Origin: a virus
Lineage: Duplodnaviria > Caudoviricetes
Direction: 5' to 3' (one strand)
Virus record (IMG/VR): IMGVR_UViG_3300031658_000011
Coordinates: 1 to 50,222 of that record
Length of the DNA: 50,222 nt
Under the pieces are notes generated by a model. It worked only from the letters and a program-made list of their open reading frames with translations, was not told the origin of the DNA and searched no databases. Positions 24,401-32,390 of this stretch are shown here, piece after piece; within the stretch, counting starts at the first letter, position 1; the number at the start of each line of letters is the position of its first letter. Made by a program: the position numbers and the translations under genes.

Positions 24401-27231
24401 AACACCTCTGCAAAACTCTCGGCAGTCTTGCTGTCTGTTGTAAGGTGAGCCGCTACGTTTGGTGTATTACCCCTAAACCCTTTCTTGTTTATCGTCGTTG
24501 TTTTTGTCCCGTGGTAGTAAACGGTGTCCGTGTCGAAACCCATCTCTGTGGCACGGGCTGTGCGGACGGCGCGCGAGCCTAGTATGTCGCTACCGTCTGA
24601 GCTGTCAGCATTAGCAGCTTTATCTTTTCTAGCTTGGTTGCGCTCTCTGGCTCCCTTGTTGTAACTTTCTATGCCTAGAGTGGTTGAAAAGTCGGCAGCG
24701 TCCAACTGCGATTTGTTGAGGACATCAGTAATCCCTAGAATGGCCGCGTCAAGCCAAGTTGGGGTATTGCCACTCTTTGAGCCGAACAAACTTATTTTGA
24801 CCCAGTCTTTAAAACGCTGTAACAAAGTCTTTCCGTTGTAGTCGATGTTGTACAGCTCAAGCTGAAAAGCTGGGTCAGTAGTCGCGCGGATAAAAAATTC
24901 ATCTATACCGCCGTCGGCTCCCGCAATTTGCATGGGGACGCTTAGATTCTCTATGCCCCCCGCCTCGGCTGCTAGTTTCGCAACTTCTTTACGGAACTCA
25001 CGGTGCAAGTTTCGGAACTGGGCAATAGCTTCCTCCGCTTGAGGTCTAGTCAGTCCTGTGCGGTCGTATGTCGAACCCTTCGCAGCAGCAAATAACGTCG
25101 AGTACCGAGCATTGATTACTAGGTGCATCGCCTCGTGCAGCAACGTATCAACGTCATTACCCTGCTCATTTCCTTCATAGATTGTAAGGAGTCCTTTCTG
25201 TAGGGTATTACCATTCGCAAACGACGGGAATCTGTATGAGCCGCCTTTAATTTCGTTGTAGCCCCCTAACTCAACATCGTAGCTAGAGGGGTCCGGTAAC
25301 AACGACATGATTTCGTCTATGAGAAACTTAACTTCTTGCGGCATGCTTTCTTTCGCAGACTCAAGGGCCGCAACAAAATCGTTATCTCGAATAGCCTGTA
25401 AGGTCTTTTCACTTAGGGGTTGGCGGATAGCGTCAGAGATGGGCCTATACTTGCCTCTCTCCAGTGTAGGCTCGGGCCGAGACAGCTCCTCGAGGGTACG
25501 ACGTGTGACAGTACCATCCCCTACGACGGCTGCGGTTACAGCCAGCGACATAATGTTCCGCATAAATCTACGGCGGGTTAAGCCGCGCTCGTCTTCGTCT
25601 ATCTCGGCGTCCGATCTTACCCCGTCTAATTCCTGTTGGAATTTAGCGTCGGAGGCGGCTTGATCTGCCAAATACTTTTTCTCTAGTTCTTTTAAATCTT
25701 CAACCCTTCTCAGTCTCTCTCCGTATTCTTTCGTCCCAAACTTAGGAGTTTTTTCCTCTGCTTCTTGCAACATTTCTCGTACACTTTGCAGATACGTCCT
25801 TGTACTTTTTTCCTCTTTTTTCTGCCTCTCTAAGATTTCATTTCGTTTGTCTTCGACGGTACGAGAGGGGGCTTTTTCTTTCTGTCTCCGTTTCTTATTA
25901 GCTTTCTCGTCAGCTTTAGCTTTCTTATCGGCCTGTCGCTTGTCGTCTTTGGCTTTCTTATCGGCCTGTCGCTCATCAGCTTTGGCTTTTTTCTCGGCCT
26001 GTCGCTCGGCGTCTCTTGCCTCTTTTGCCGCAGCAGCTTCTTGGGCCTTTTTCCCTTTAGCTCTTAGGTCTGCTTCTTTGGCTGTTCTTTTGGCATCACG
26101 CTCTTCTACTTCCTTATCTTCGGCCGCTTGACGGTCTTCTACTTCCTTATCTTCAGCCGCTTGACGGGCTTCTACTTCCTTATCTTCAGCCGCCTGACGG
26201 TCTTCTGCTCTCGTATCTTCGGCGGCTTGTCGTGTTTCAGCCATCGCGCTGTTAGCGGTTTCACGGATAGCCAGCTCGGCAAGCGACGCAAACTCTCTCA
26301 TTGACAAGTTATCAGCAGTGACTTTTATTCGTAACAGCTTACGAAGAGTTTGCTGCACAGCCAGCCGTGCGTCTCCAGCCCACTTTGCGATAGACCCTTT
26401 CTCTGCCTTAGACTCGACGATCGCTTGGATAGCATACGCCATCCACTCGCTTTCTTGTTTAGCTAAGTCCCCGGTGCTATCACCCGAATTAACAAACAAC
26501 TCATAAGCGTCTTGTAAAACCTTTTTCTCTCTGGGGTTTCCAAACTGGCGCAGTAAGTTAAGGCGTCGGTATAGAGCAGACCGCTGATCTCCCATCAGCA
26601 TATCAAAACGGGCGCTGCCAGACTCTTCGGCGTAGCCTTCTGCCGCGTGGAGCATTTCGTGGTAGCCCACTGCCACCGCGCCTATGTCAGCCTCTACCCT
26701 GTCTGAGAATATAACGGCCTGTCCTGTTGACTTCTTATACGCACCGCGCATGCCGTTCTTTTCATCAAACGCCATCGTCCAGCCGTCCCCTAGCGCATCT
26801 CGCTGAGTGCTGTGTACGACACGGAGCTTTCCTGAGTCTAGCGACTCTGACATTGCGGTGTTTTTGCGCAGGACTGCAAGCACCCGAGCGTTCTTTTCTT
26901 CGGCTTCGGCCTCTGTAAAGTTGCTACCCAACGAATCAAGGGAAGGAGCCTCGGAGTCAGTCTCAGGATCAGACTCTCTGCTGCCCAGTACGTCCCCTGC
27001 TGCTGATGCCTTGGCAACGGCAAGGGCCATCACATTAGCTTGTTTTAATCTAAGAGCAGCCAGCGTTTCTTCGACGGCTATTATGTTCGCCTCGCCTAAA
27101 GGCATGGACAGCGTACCTGTGTCTGTCTTGCCCGCAGAGTTACGGATACTTTTCACTTTCTTGCGGAGGGCTGCCTTCTCTTCCTTGGATATTGTATCGC
27201 CAGCTTCTTTGAGGCAGTTGGACAAAGTCAT
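18454..27231 (-). CDS. Giant polyvalent internal-virion/ejection protein (HExxH x2, ART-like x2, glycosylase-like, PLxRFG domain)
   Basis: 2925-aa ORF near the end of the late operon; HEMLH, HEAMH, YYHGT...IYPVY...GFD...NIRS, YFPLSRFG. Confidence 0.85.
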   Translation of the reverse strand: MTLSNCLKEAGDTISKEEKAALRKKVKSIRNSAGKTDTGTLSMPLGEANIIAVEETLAALRLKQANVMALAVAKASAAGDVLGSRESDPETDSEAPSLDSLGSNFTEAEAEEKNARVLAVLRKNTAMSESLDSGKLRVVHSTQRDALGDGWTMAFDEKNGMRGAYKKSTGQAVIFSDRVEADIGAVAVGYHEMLHAAEGYAEESGSARFDMLMGDQRSALYRRLNLLRQFGNPREKKVLQDAYELFVNSGDSTGDLAKQESEWMAYAIQAIVESKAEKGSIAKWAGDARLAVQQTLRKLLRIKVTADNLSMREFASLAELAIRETANSAMAETRQAAEDTRAEDRQAAEDKEVEARQAAEDKEVEDRQAAEDKEVEERDAKRTAKEADLRAKGKKAQEAAAAKEARDAERQAEKKAKADERQADKKAKDDKRQADKKAKADEKANKKRRQKEKAPSRTVEDKRNEILERQKKEEKSTRTYLQSVREMLQEAEEKTPKFGTKEYGERLRRVEDLKELEKKYLADQAASDAKFQQELDGVRSDAEIDEDERGLTRRRFMRNIMSLAVTAAVVGDGTVTRRTLEELSRPEPTLERGKYRPISDAIRQPLSEKTLQAIRDNDFVAALESAKESMPQEVKFLIDEIMSLLPDPSSYDVELGGYNEIKGGSYRFPSFANGNTLQKGLLTIYEGNEQGNDVDTLLHEAMHLVINARYSTLFAAAKGSTYDRTGLTRPQAEEAIAQFRNLHREFRKEVAKLAAEAGGIENLSVPMQIAGADGGIDEFFIRATTDPAFQLELYNIDYNGKTLLQRFKDWVKISLFGSKSGNTPTWLDAAILGITDVLNKSQLDAADFSTTLGIESYNKGARERNQARKDKAANADSSDGSDILGSRAVRTARATEMGFDTDTVYYHGTKTTTINKKGFRGNTPNVAAHLTTDSKTAESFAEVFGGWATSPDDAPTIYPVYIKVENTFDINKPSHRKILGLTPAASRDYSTLEGGAEDIKAAGFDSYWDFETDWDARSKKYTNIAVFDSANIRSVNAEFDGNSFDSSDILASRTALGQESRGTEKWTAATAKFGKEGMTKEARDARAEEQGFDMEVFSGSTFDIVAFDGDRARPDGDWGKASYASTSIEDVNENYAGIGPDLTARIELEAENIAQVMDYNDFERDQILEQASIPLEEYSGDMDAAHWKIASDRLLGPAKKGVVYPLKIKTGNYAVVDSGPGRNPDGRSQSFIYGKDFTEDARDELNRDDYEDEDAFDDALVEYADELSADSDESLYAKIQDALRDTDLYISPDSIGEVMEALQDDITDNALVVTEIDSAIRSLGALENDSGEMISPGEISSQVLKNLGFDGVLDYTVNTKFGTARRYGGSMDGVDSDTVHVVTFPGRESNIRSAYAAFDPDNSDSSDILASRKAPIGKTGRPYQAVRPNKVKGGEDRVQTSLPSGMKNKVPYYITGAPEEYSIGVDRILSVEKVAKTQKKTIEGYDFFTPSRSDLTAEETINEFKQFMVKNLIWLHNQMDPNLRETARKWYDGARKNVDIWSARYGLESRQVAAVIANLSPQKDWFMNMSLAERIMDIHTYRQDATADKDMDKAFNRVVMRDDKGKLIIVSKNPRKGESDKVAQTREYREIWGLIKNAKLSDVRSLVSERDGNLAVSIWVRMYDEAKHSRQYRMMKPTGEIIGLAMNDDGVTPSSVAWGSFTEIAKAMRVLQDGSLESVSMSLGGAHKVRNFYNNIIAPNSNLGEVTIDTHAMAAAVFKPLSAKSYEVAHVFGGTPVKGLRGIPEGVERAGAGSSKSNGIGGIYGIVADAYREAAAELGLLPRELQSITWEEIRVIYPKKFKDTESVNLLKINALWKQFAEGKMTLAKVRKEAYGLAKTKGDVPGWASRSDSGRNDRKANGTYSRDVYDDGVPRQVGGRDTGASNRSRGDVKPTRRASARGRAGQLDSDILGSRRNDTEQSGLEGLADLLGSIDSEGRGGRLPTTANTQNRFQRMISQRPSLLSLLPRRALAEIIPEEMPTAAKVIRQAEQMDADRNQILSDAGEVLNIWHRWARKNRKMASKLHTLMHDTTLVGYDPSAPYKSILTEKEYFKEKTRLSTKMRSAGTADQRLRYSGLLKALEQKRADEVTRKNAQAGLDSRYSALSKEAKDLYNRVRDEYGRQRSAMHKELADRIERAEMSETVRTAMADKLRIAFESNEVRGPYFPLSRFGEHFVVLKSVVDGKEVTEEFRIFETNEQALQYQNDMEKKHPTWISKKGVKDEEQSSFQEVDPEYASAVTGLIQNADGIGRKEQFELADAVWQLYLQTLPEMSIRKQSIHRGKVKGWDEDAMRAYSSIALHHAHHITKLRHGDVIRGLLVRAKEESNSLKDSAFAGRLLREIEDGVDWAMNPTNKPWASTLTSLGFIYQLGVSPAAALINTFQTPMVGIPVIGARYGYSKTAAAFAKATNEFSGVIAANIAVRAKDKTVFLENDMKVHWSDSLKGVELEFYQEMVRRSLFEKTRAHDLAGISDEGMNRSMMGRVVVDRISASFHNAEVFNREVTAMVAFRMAIAGGQNYNVALDYAYNVTLDVHFDYSNAGRPRILRLPAAKVIGQYKQYALNMSFRVLRDAYVAVNLSDETDPVVKREMVNRSLASVAISMLFSGIQGVFVYSVVKTIWNLLEDLFGDEDEPKDFEGELREGVYLMINDAVKDEKLASLLGQIVVDGPTDVLVGGSVGLRVAPDILRLFIQPQDNGKEGREQLAHFGLQMAGPVLGGVLGMFMDAKELLKEGEYWKGAEKVVPKFVRDVSKSVRYNLEGATNSENLPLIEADEFNGWELALQTLGFSPTELQLQYTRNRIEMTKLRKLGDRRDALMKQARKDINGGGGLSGETIAAIRRFSVKNPTMQVTSDNIRNSVTAKAIRAAMNEGGQQQDGKGPQPYQF
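25900..26232 (-). repeat. Intragenic tandem repeats encoding charged helices (RQAAEDKEVED about 36 bp; RQADKKAKAD about 33 bp)
   Basis: Repeated TCTACTTCCTTATCTTC and TCGGCCTGTCGCT units. Confidence 0.8.
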
Positions 27232-27248
27232 TCAGATATACCTTGGGA

Positions 27249-27695
27249 TTATTTATATTTAGGAGGGCTTAAAAGATCGGCGAGGTCCATCGCTCGAGTG
27301 CCTGTCTGTTCTGCAAACTTAGAATCTAAAATCTCAACAGCGGCTTTTTTGTAGTCGTGTTCCAGCAATGCGGCATGGAGACGCTTAAACAGATCGAATC
27401 GAGAAGCCCCCACGCAGAAGGCTAGGTCCGCCAGTGCGGCTTGGCGGCAGGGGGTGAGGTCATCCCAGTAGGGCTTACGCGATAGAAATTCTAGCGTCTG
27501 CTTCAGGTCGTTAGTAAACAGGAACCGAGACTCATCTTCGGAGATTCCTCGGTCTGTGAGGTTTCTCCCGACTCCGATGGTAAGTTTTCCTGCTGTACAG
27601 GTGTAGGGTTTCAGCCTCTCACCCTCGTGTTCTAGGACAATCTCTTTGGTTAACGCGAGGGTGGTCAGGTAGTTGTTCCATTTTTCTTGTGGCAC
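27249..27695 (-). CDS. T4-type lysozyme (GH24 muramidase)
   Basis: HEG.RLKPY.C.AGKLTIGVGRNL; AA.E.LDS..A.Q...RA; SD AGGAGG. Confidence 0.92.
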   Translation of the reverse strand: MPQEKWNNYLTTLALTKEIVLEHEGERLKPYTCTAGKLTIGVGRNLTDRGISEDESRFLFTNDLKQTLEFLSRKPYWDDLTPCRQAALADLAFCVGASRFDLFKRLHAALLEHDYKKAAVEILDSKFAEQTGTRAMDLADLLSPPKYK

Positions 27696-27706
27696 GTCGA
27701 GTCCTC

Positions 27707-27958
27707 CTAGCTTTGAACGTCTACGTTAAGCTCGGTTTCAAGCCAAACCTTGGCTCCGCATGGCAGGGGTTTGTCTGGGCTATATACCAGTGTGGCTACG
27801 ACTTCACCGTCAAAATCCCGAATCGTAGCCTTGTTGCCTTTCCGGTTTCTGCGGTAATCCTTAACAGTCAGGACTGGCACATCCGCGCCTTTGGCGTTTG
27901 CTTTAATGTTATGTTGGTTTACATGGAGTCTGGTTATCACTTGCTCGCCTTGCAGCAT
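27707..27958 (-). CDS. Conserved-looking phage hypothetical protein
   Basis: HVNQH.I..N...P..TVK...Y.P.KPL.CGAKVW.ET; SD GAGG. Confidence 0.75.
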   Translation of the reverse strand: MLQGEQVITRLHVNQHNIKANAKGADVPVLTVKDYRRNRKGNKATIRDFDGEVVATLVYSPDKPLPCGAKVWLETELNVDVQS

Positions 27959-30900
27959 TTGAGTATGGCCTCAAACGCGCTAATCTTGTCCGTCGCTTGT
28001 TGGTACGCCACGCCTGCGTTTTCTGTAACCGTCCCTATTTCGCCGTCCTCTGTGGGGGCGTCCATTTCGATCTCTATTTTACCAAGTTCTGACTGCGTCA
28101 GCGATGTCTTACTGCTAACAGGTGATGGGGCAGATTGATCTGGAGAGCCTTCGGCTGCGGTGGGAGTGGACTCGGTAAGAGGCAGAGAGCCTTGCGTGTT
28201 CATCCGGTTCTTGTAATTTACGAGGCTCTTAACAGCCGCGTCGATCCCCTCCCTTGTATTGCCAAGGCCAAGCAATTCAACGGCGCTGCCCGTTGGAGCG
28301 CCGCCCCACTTAAAGGTATTCTTATCCACAGAGATAGTTTCGGTACTGCCGTCTGCTAACTCTACGGTGTAGACCCCGTTGCTCTCTGATACAACAGGCT
28401 CACTACTAGTAACTGGTGAGGAAGAAGAAGCCGATCCCGAAGACTCTGAAATATCGCTGCTGTTAACTGGTGAAGAAGAAGAGTCTCCGAACATCTCTGA
28501 CTGGACTTGCGTCGATGTGTTAGCGGCAGGGCTAACGAAACGGGGAGACAGGTAGAATTTTGTGCCGTCCGTAGTAACTTCCCAGTTGCCGCCGTGCTGC
28601 TTCTGCTTTTGGACCAGTGAGAGTTTTGCGCCTTTCTCGGTCTTGAACTCTGTCGTGCTGATTGCGTTGGCTTTCGGATCAATAATCCGCGCAGCCCAGT
28701 CCTCATCGATTGCTTGTCCCTGATCTCGCAGGCTCTCCAGCTCGGCTTCCAAAGCCGTGGCGTCTCTCGGCTGGACGACAAATCGACCTTCTTCGTTTTT
28801 AACAACCTCCCACCGCCCTTCAGTCTGCGCGTCTGCGGCTGCCTGCGCGTCGGCCTTGGTCTTAAACTTAGGCTTCAGGGTCGAGGCAAAGGCAGCCTCG
28901 GCGCGGAGCTTGGCTAGGTCAAACCCTTGGACCTTTGCCTCATACTCAGTAAGCGCCTCTCCCTCGGTGATAGTCTCTTGGAGCTGCTGCATGTAGGCCG
29001 CCAGCTCGACGGGGTTCAGCTTCTTTAACTCGACTTGTGACTCCGCGCTAACTAAGGGCGCAGACTCAGAACGCTCGCGCGGCATGAAAATACCGCCGTC
29101 CTCTTCTACGGCTTCACCTTGATCTGGGCGTGTATTAGCTGCGTAACGCGCTTTAAGCCCACTTACCGCTGTTGTCAGCGCAAGACCTTCATTATCGCGG
29201 CCTAGTGTTTGCTGCGCAGGAAAATCTGTAACTCCTCCGACGTACTCCTGACCCTGACCCTGATGTAAAAAAGGTGCGGCGAGGTCACCCATTGTCTCAA
29301 TAAAATCCTGCTCGTGGGGTAGCAGTTCCCGCCCTTCTGCGCCGCGCATTACGCCCTCGTAGACTTCGGCGTTGGTAAGCACACTTGGGTCTACGGGTGC
29401 TTGGTCTTGGCCGACCTGATCAACACTACTTATTTCGGCGATCTCTGACTGGGGATCGTCGGACAGAGTAGTGTCAGACTCAGGGATAGCCACCGTGTTT
29501 TGGCCGCCGCCTGCTAGTTTATACTTGAGAGCAAGGTTGCCAAGCGCGGCTTCCATCGCTAGGCCGTCGCCTTCATCTACTAGCCCGTAAGTCTCAGGGT
29601 AGTTCATACCCCCCTCAACTTCCGCCCCCTCGTCTTGAAACCTAAACGCGGCGTCGGGGTTAAAGTCTTCCGTCTGTTGCTCTTCGTAGGCGAGCATTTT
29701 CGCTTGGTCTTCGGCGGATATTTTTAATCCTGCTTGGGCCACTCTCTCAAACGTAGCGTATTCGACGGCGGCTGTAACTCCCTCGATGAAAGCCTTCTCC
29801 TCGGGCCGAAAGTCCCGACCTTCGGCTTCGGCTTGAGCCACTATTGTGTCAAGGACTTGCCCGTTAGTCAGGTTGCCAGACGGATTTATAAAAGCTTCTG
29901 TTTGCGCCTCCGCGTTAGAATTTTCAAAAATGTCTTGTCTTAGGTCTGGGTAAACAGACTCTACAAACACCTGTTCTTCAAAAGTAGTAGCTCCCCCCTT
30001 ACTAGCCCGATCCAATATATCTCTGGCCCTGCGAATTTCTGGCTGCCTGCCAGAGAGTCTAGTGCCTGCCGCTTCTACCGCTTTAAACGCTCCGGTCTGA
30101 GAGACGCCGCCAATAAAGCCTGCTCCGACTGCTTCGGCTGTGCCTTCTAATAATTCTTGTGACTCATCCGCATACAGCTTAACTCCCATGTTGCCGCCGA
30201 GGGCGTTGATGCCCTCTTGGATAATTTCCTCCGCGCCTTCTCTTAGAAGGGTCATGCCTGTCGCTTTAATGCCGGGGCCGCCTGACGATGCTTTACCCCG
30301 TAAAATACCGGACTCAAACTTCGAGGTTAGCTTTCCTGCAAAACCTGCAATCGGGGCCGTTATAGCAAACGTCGTCCGACTAGCAGATAGGGCGACCATC
30401 TCGCGCGCTATGTCGGGGTTGACTTTGTCCTCGATCAAACCACGGTACTTTTCCGAGCCTTCCATGAGCTGCTCGTGGGTCATGCCGATGACTTTCTGGC
30501 GTGTACCAACGGCGGCGTCCGCGCCTTCCAACGCGCCCATGCCTGCCGCCATTGTAGTGCCAGCATATTTCGCCTGTAGCTTTGCAAGCTCTCCGCCCAC
30601 AAGCTGCCGCCCTTTACCTACGGCCGCGCCTATGACCGCGCCGCCTCTGGACAGTAATGCTCCCGGCGCTAAATACGCTGCGCTTTGTGCTGACTGGTCA
30701 CCAAGAAGCGCGGGGTTGGCGGCAATATCTGCCACTGTATATCCCGCGCGCAACGCCCAGTTCATGCCTTGGGCCTCTCTTTCGGCAGAGGCCGATTGCT
30801 GGATAGCAGTTTCTTGTTTTAGGCTGTCGGATTTATAGTCCTGTAAGAAGTCGGAAAACTCACTGGCTTTATCAGATATATACCCGCCGACTTCACCTGT

Positions 30901-31389
30901 GGTCGGGATGTCCAAACCAGTCACTTTGTTTATGCCCGCTGTCGCAAGGTTAGCAATACCCAAACCGGGGAGTATGTCGTCCCCTAGACGGGCCAGTTCA
31001 GCAGTCCCGCCCACAACGCCCGTAGCACCTTGGGCCAAGGCAATCCCTAAGTCCGGTGCAACTTCGCCCCAACTGCGGTCCTCGGCCTCCCCCATAAATA
31101 CGGCGCGCGCTTCGGCGAGTTTCTCATCGTCTAGCTCACCAAACCCTTTTTTCTTATTGACGAAAGCGAACAGTTGCCCTTTCGTACCCGCGTCCCTAAA
31201 CGTAGAATCAATCCGGTAAACATCTTCTGCGGTTGGCGTTGCATTACCTTTCAGGAAACTACTGCGGAAAGTTTCTGGGTCGTAGTCAGGGTAGTAGGTC
31301 TTCTGAACATACGTCGCCACTTGATTGTCCGTAAATTCTGAAGAACCCCAACTAGGGTTGATCGCGGCAAGTGTTTGTCTGTTGATCAT
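27937..31389 (-). CDS. Internal virion/ejection protein
   Basis: 1150 aa; Gly/Ala-rich helical region with EGAEE..QE motif; directly upstream of the giant-protein block. Confidence 0.75.
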   Translation of the reverse strand: MINRQTLAAINPSWGSSEFTDNQVATYVQKTYYPDYDPETFRSSFLKGNATPTAEDVYRIDSTFRDAGTKGQLFAFVNKKKGFGELDDEKLAEARAVFMGEAEDRSWGEVAPDLGIALAQGATGVVGGTAELARLGDDILPGLGIANLATAGINKVTGLDIPTTGEVGGYISDKASEFSDFLQDYKSDSLKQETAIQQSASAEREAQGMNWALRAGYTVADIAANPALLGDQSAQSAAYLAPGALLSRGGAVIGAAVGKGRQLVGGELAKLQAKYAGTTMAAGMGALEGADAAVGTRQKVIGMTHEQLMEGSEKYRGLIEDKVNPDIAREMVALSASRTTFAITAPIAGFAGKLTSKFESGILRGKASSGGPGIKATGMTLLREGAEEIIQEGINALGGNMGVKLYADESQELLEGTAEAVGAGFIGGVSQTGAFKAVEAAGTRLSGRQPEIRRARDILDRASKGGATTFEEQVFVESVYPDLRQDIFENSNAEAQTEAFINPSGNLTNGQVLDTIVAQAEAEGRDFRPEEKAFIEGVTAAVEYATFERVAQAGLKISAEDQAKMLAYEEQQTEDFNPDAAFRFQDEGAEVEGGMNYPETYGLVDEGDGLAMEAALGNLALKYKLAGGGQNTVAIPESDTTLSDDPQSEIAEISSVDQVGQDQAPVDPSVLTNAEVYEGVMRGAEGRELLPHEQDFIETMGDLAAPFLHQGQGQEYVGGVTDFPAQQTLGRDNEGLALTTAVSGLKARYAANTRPDQGEAVEEDGGIFMPRERSESAPLVSAESQVELKKLNPVELAAYMQQLQETITEGEALTEYEAKVQGFDLAKLRAEAAFASTLKPKFKTKADAQAAADAQTEGRWEVVKNEEGRFVVQPRDATALEAELESLRDQGQAIDEDWAARIIDPKANAISTTEFKTEKGAKLSLVQKQKQHGGNWEVTTDGTKFYLSPRFVSPAANTSTQVQSEMFGDSSSSPVNSSDISESSGSASSSSPVTSSEPVVSESNGVYTVELADGSTETISVDKNTFKWGGAPTGSAVELLGLGNTREGIDAAVKSLVNYKNRMNTQGSLPLTESTPTAAEGSPDQSAPSPVSSKTSLTQSELGKIEIEMDAPTEDGEIGTVTENAGVAYQQATDKISAFEAILKCCKASK

Positions 31390-32390
31390 TCAGGAATCTC
31401 GCCGCTGTCGATCATTTTCCTCATGTCGTCAACGCCAGTGGTTCCTGCCCCCGTGTTATTGGGGTCGGGCGGTGGTGCGAAGTTGGTGCTATTACTACTG
31501 TACCTCGAGGGGGCTTGCGGCCCCGCAGAAAGCATCGAGGTCCACCCCGTCCGCGTTTGCTCCAGCCTTGTCAGCGAGGCATCGAGTTTTTCTATTCTCC
31601 TTTCCTTATCGGTTTTACCATTCAGGTCTTTTTCTTTGTTATCGACCAGCATGTCTTCGATTAAACTCTGTCTCTGTTTGTTTATCGCGCTTATCTGATT
31701 ATCAAGACCTTTTATCGCGGCTGTAGCTTGAAGAGTTTGAGTGCTTTGTAGCGATTGCTGATACTGCTGGTTTGCTTTCACTCGTAAATCTGAGTCTGTC
31801 ATCGGCACTTTCGTAGTAGTCCCGTCATCATTCTTAACATCTTTCATATACTGAGGGTCGGTAGGGTTATCATTTCTTGCCTCTATCATCGAGTTGGTGT
31901 TTTCCTGTATCCCCTGCACCGCTGCGGCCACGGACGATCCTGCTAGACGAGCTGAGTCTCTCTCGTTCTGAGTCTCGGCAAACAGGCCTTCGCTATACGC
32001 ATAACTAGAAGTCCCGTCCTCCAGCGTAGTTTTCTCCATCCCCAATAGCCGCTGGGCATTCTCGAACTCTTCCGTCTTTTGGCGAAACTCACCCAACTCA
32101 AGTTCACTTGATTGCCTCAAACTTTCTGACTGCTGGACTGACGTTTCGATACTTTGTGTGTCTACAGCTATTGAGGACTTAGCGAGGTCACGCTCAATAC
32201 CAAGACCCTCGTTCCCTTGCTTGATAAGTAGTCCTTGGTGTTTTTCCAACGCTACCATTTGCTCCCGCTCAAGCTCCAGCATGTTTGCGTCGCGTTCTTT
32301 CTCATAGTTGAGCTTCTCGCGGTTAGCTCCGAACACCAGCAGCCCTTGGCCGATTGATCCTATGGCGTTTGCCCATCCTGTCTTACTCAT
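31386..32390 (-). CDS. Putative internal virion protein
   Basis: Coiled-coil-like composition; ATGA overlaps; position. Confidence 0.65.
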   Translation of the reverse strand: MSKTGWANAIGSIGQGLLVFGANREKLNYEKERDANMLELEREQMVALEKHQGLLIKQGNEGLGIERDLAKSSIAVDTQSIETSVQQSESLRQSSELELGEFRQKTEEFENAQRLLGMEKTTLEDGTSSYAYSEGLFAETQNERDSARLAGSSVAAAVQGIQENTNSMIEARNDNPTDPQYMKDVKNDDGTTTKVPMTDSDLRVKANQQYQQSLQSTQTLQATAAIKGLDNQISAINKQRQSLIEDMLVDNKEKDLNGKTDKERRIEKLDASLTRLEQTRTGWTSMLSAGPQAPSRYSSNSTNFAPPPDPNNTGAGTTGVDDMRKMIDSGEIPE

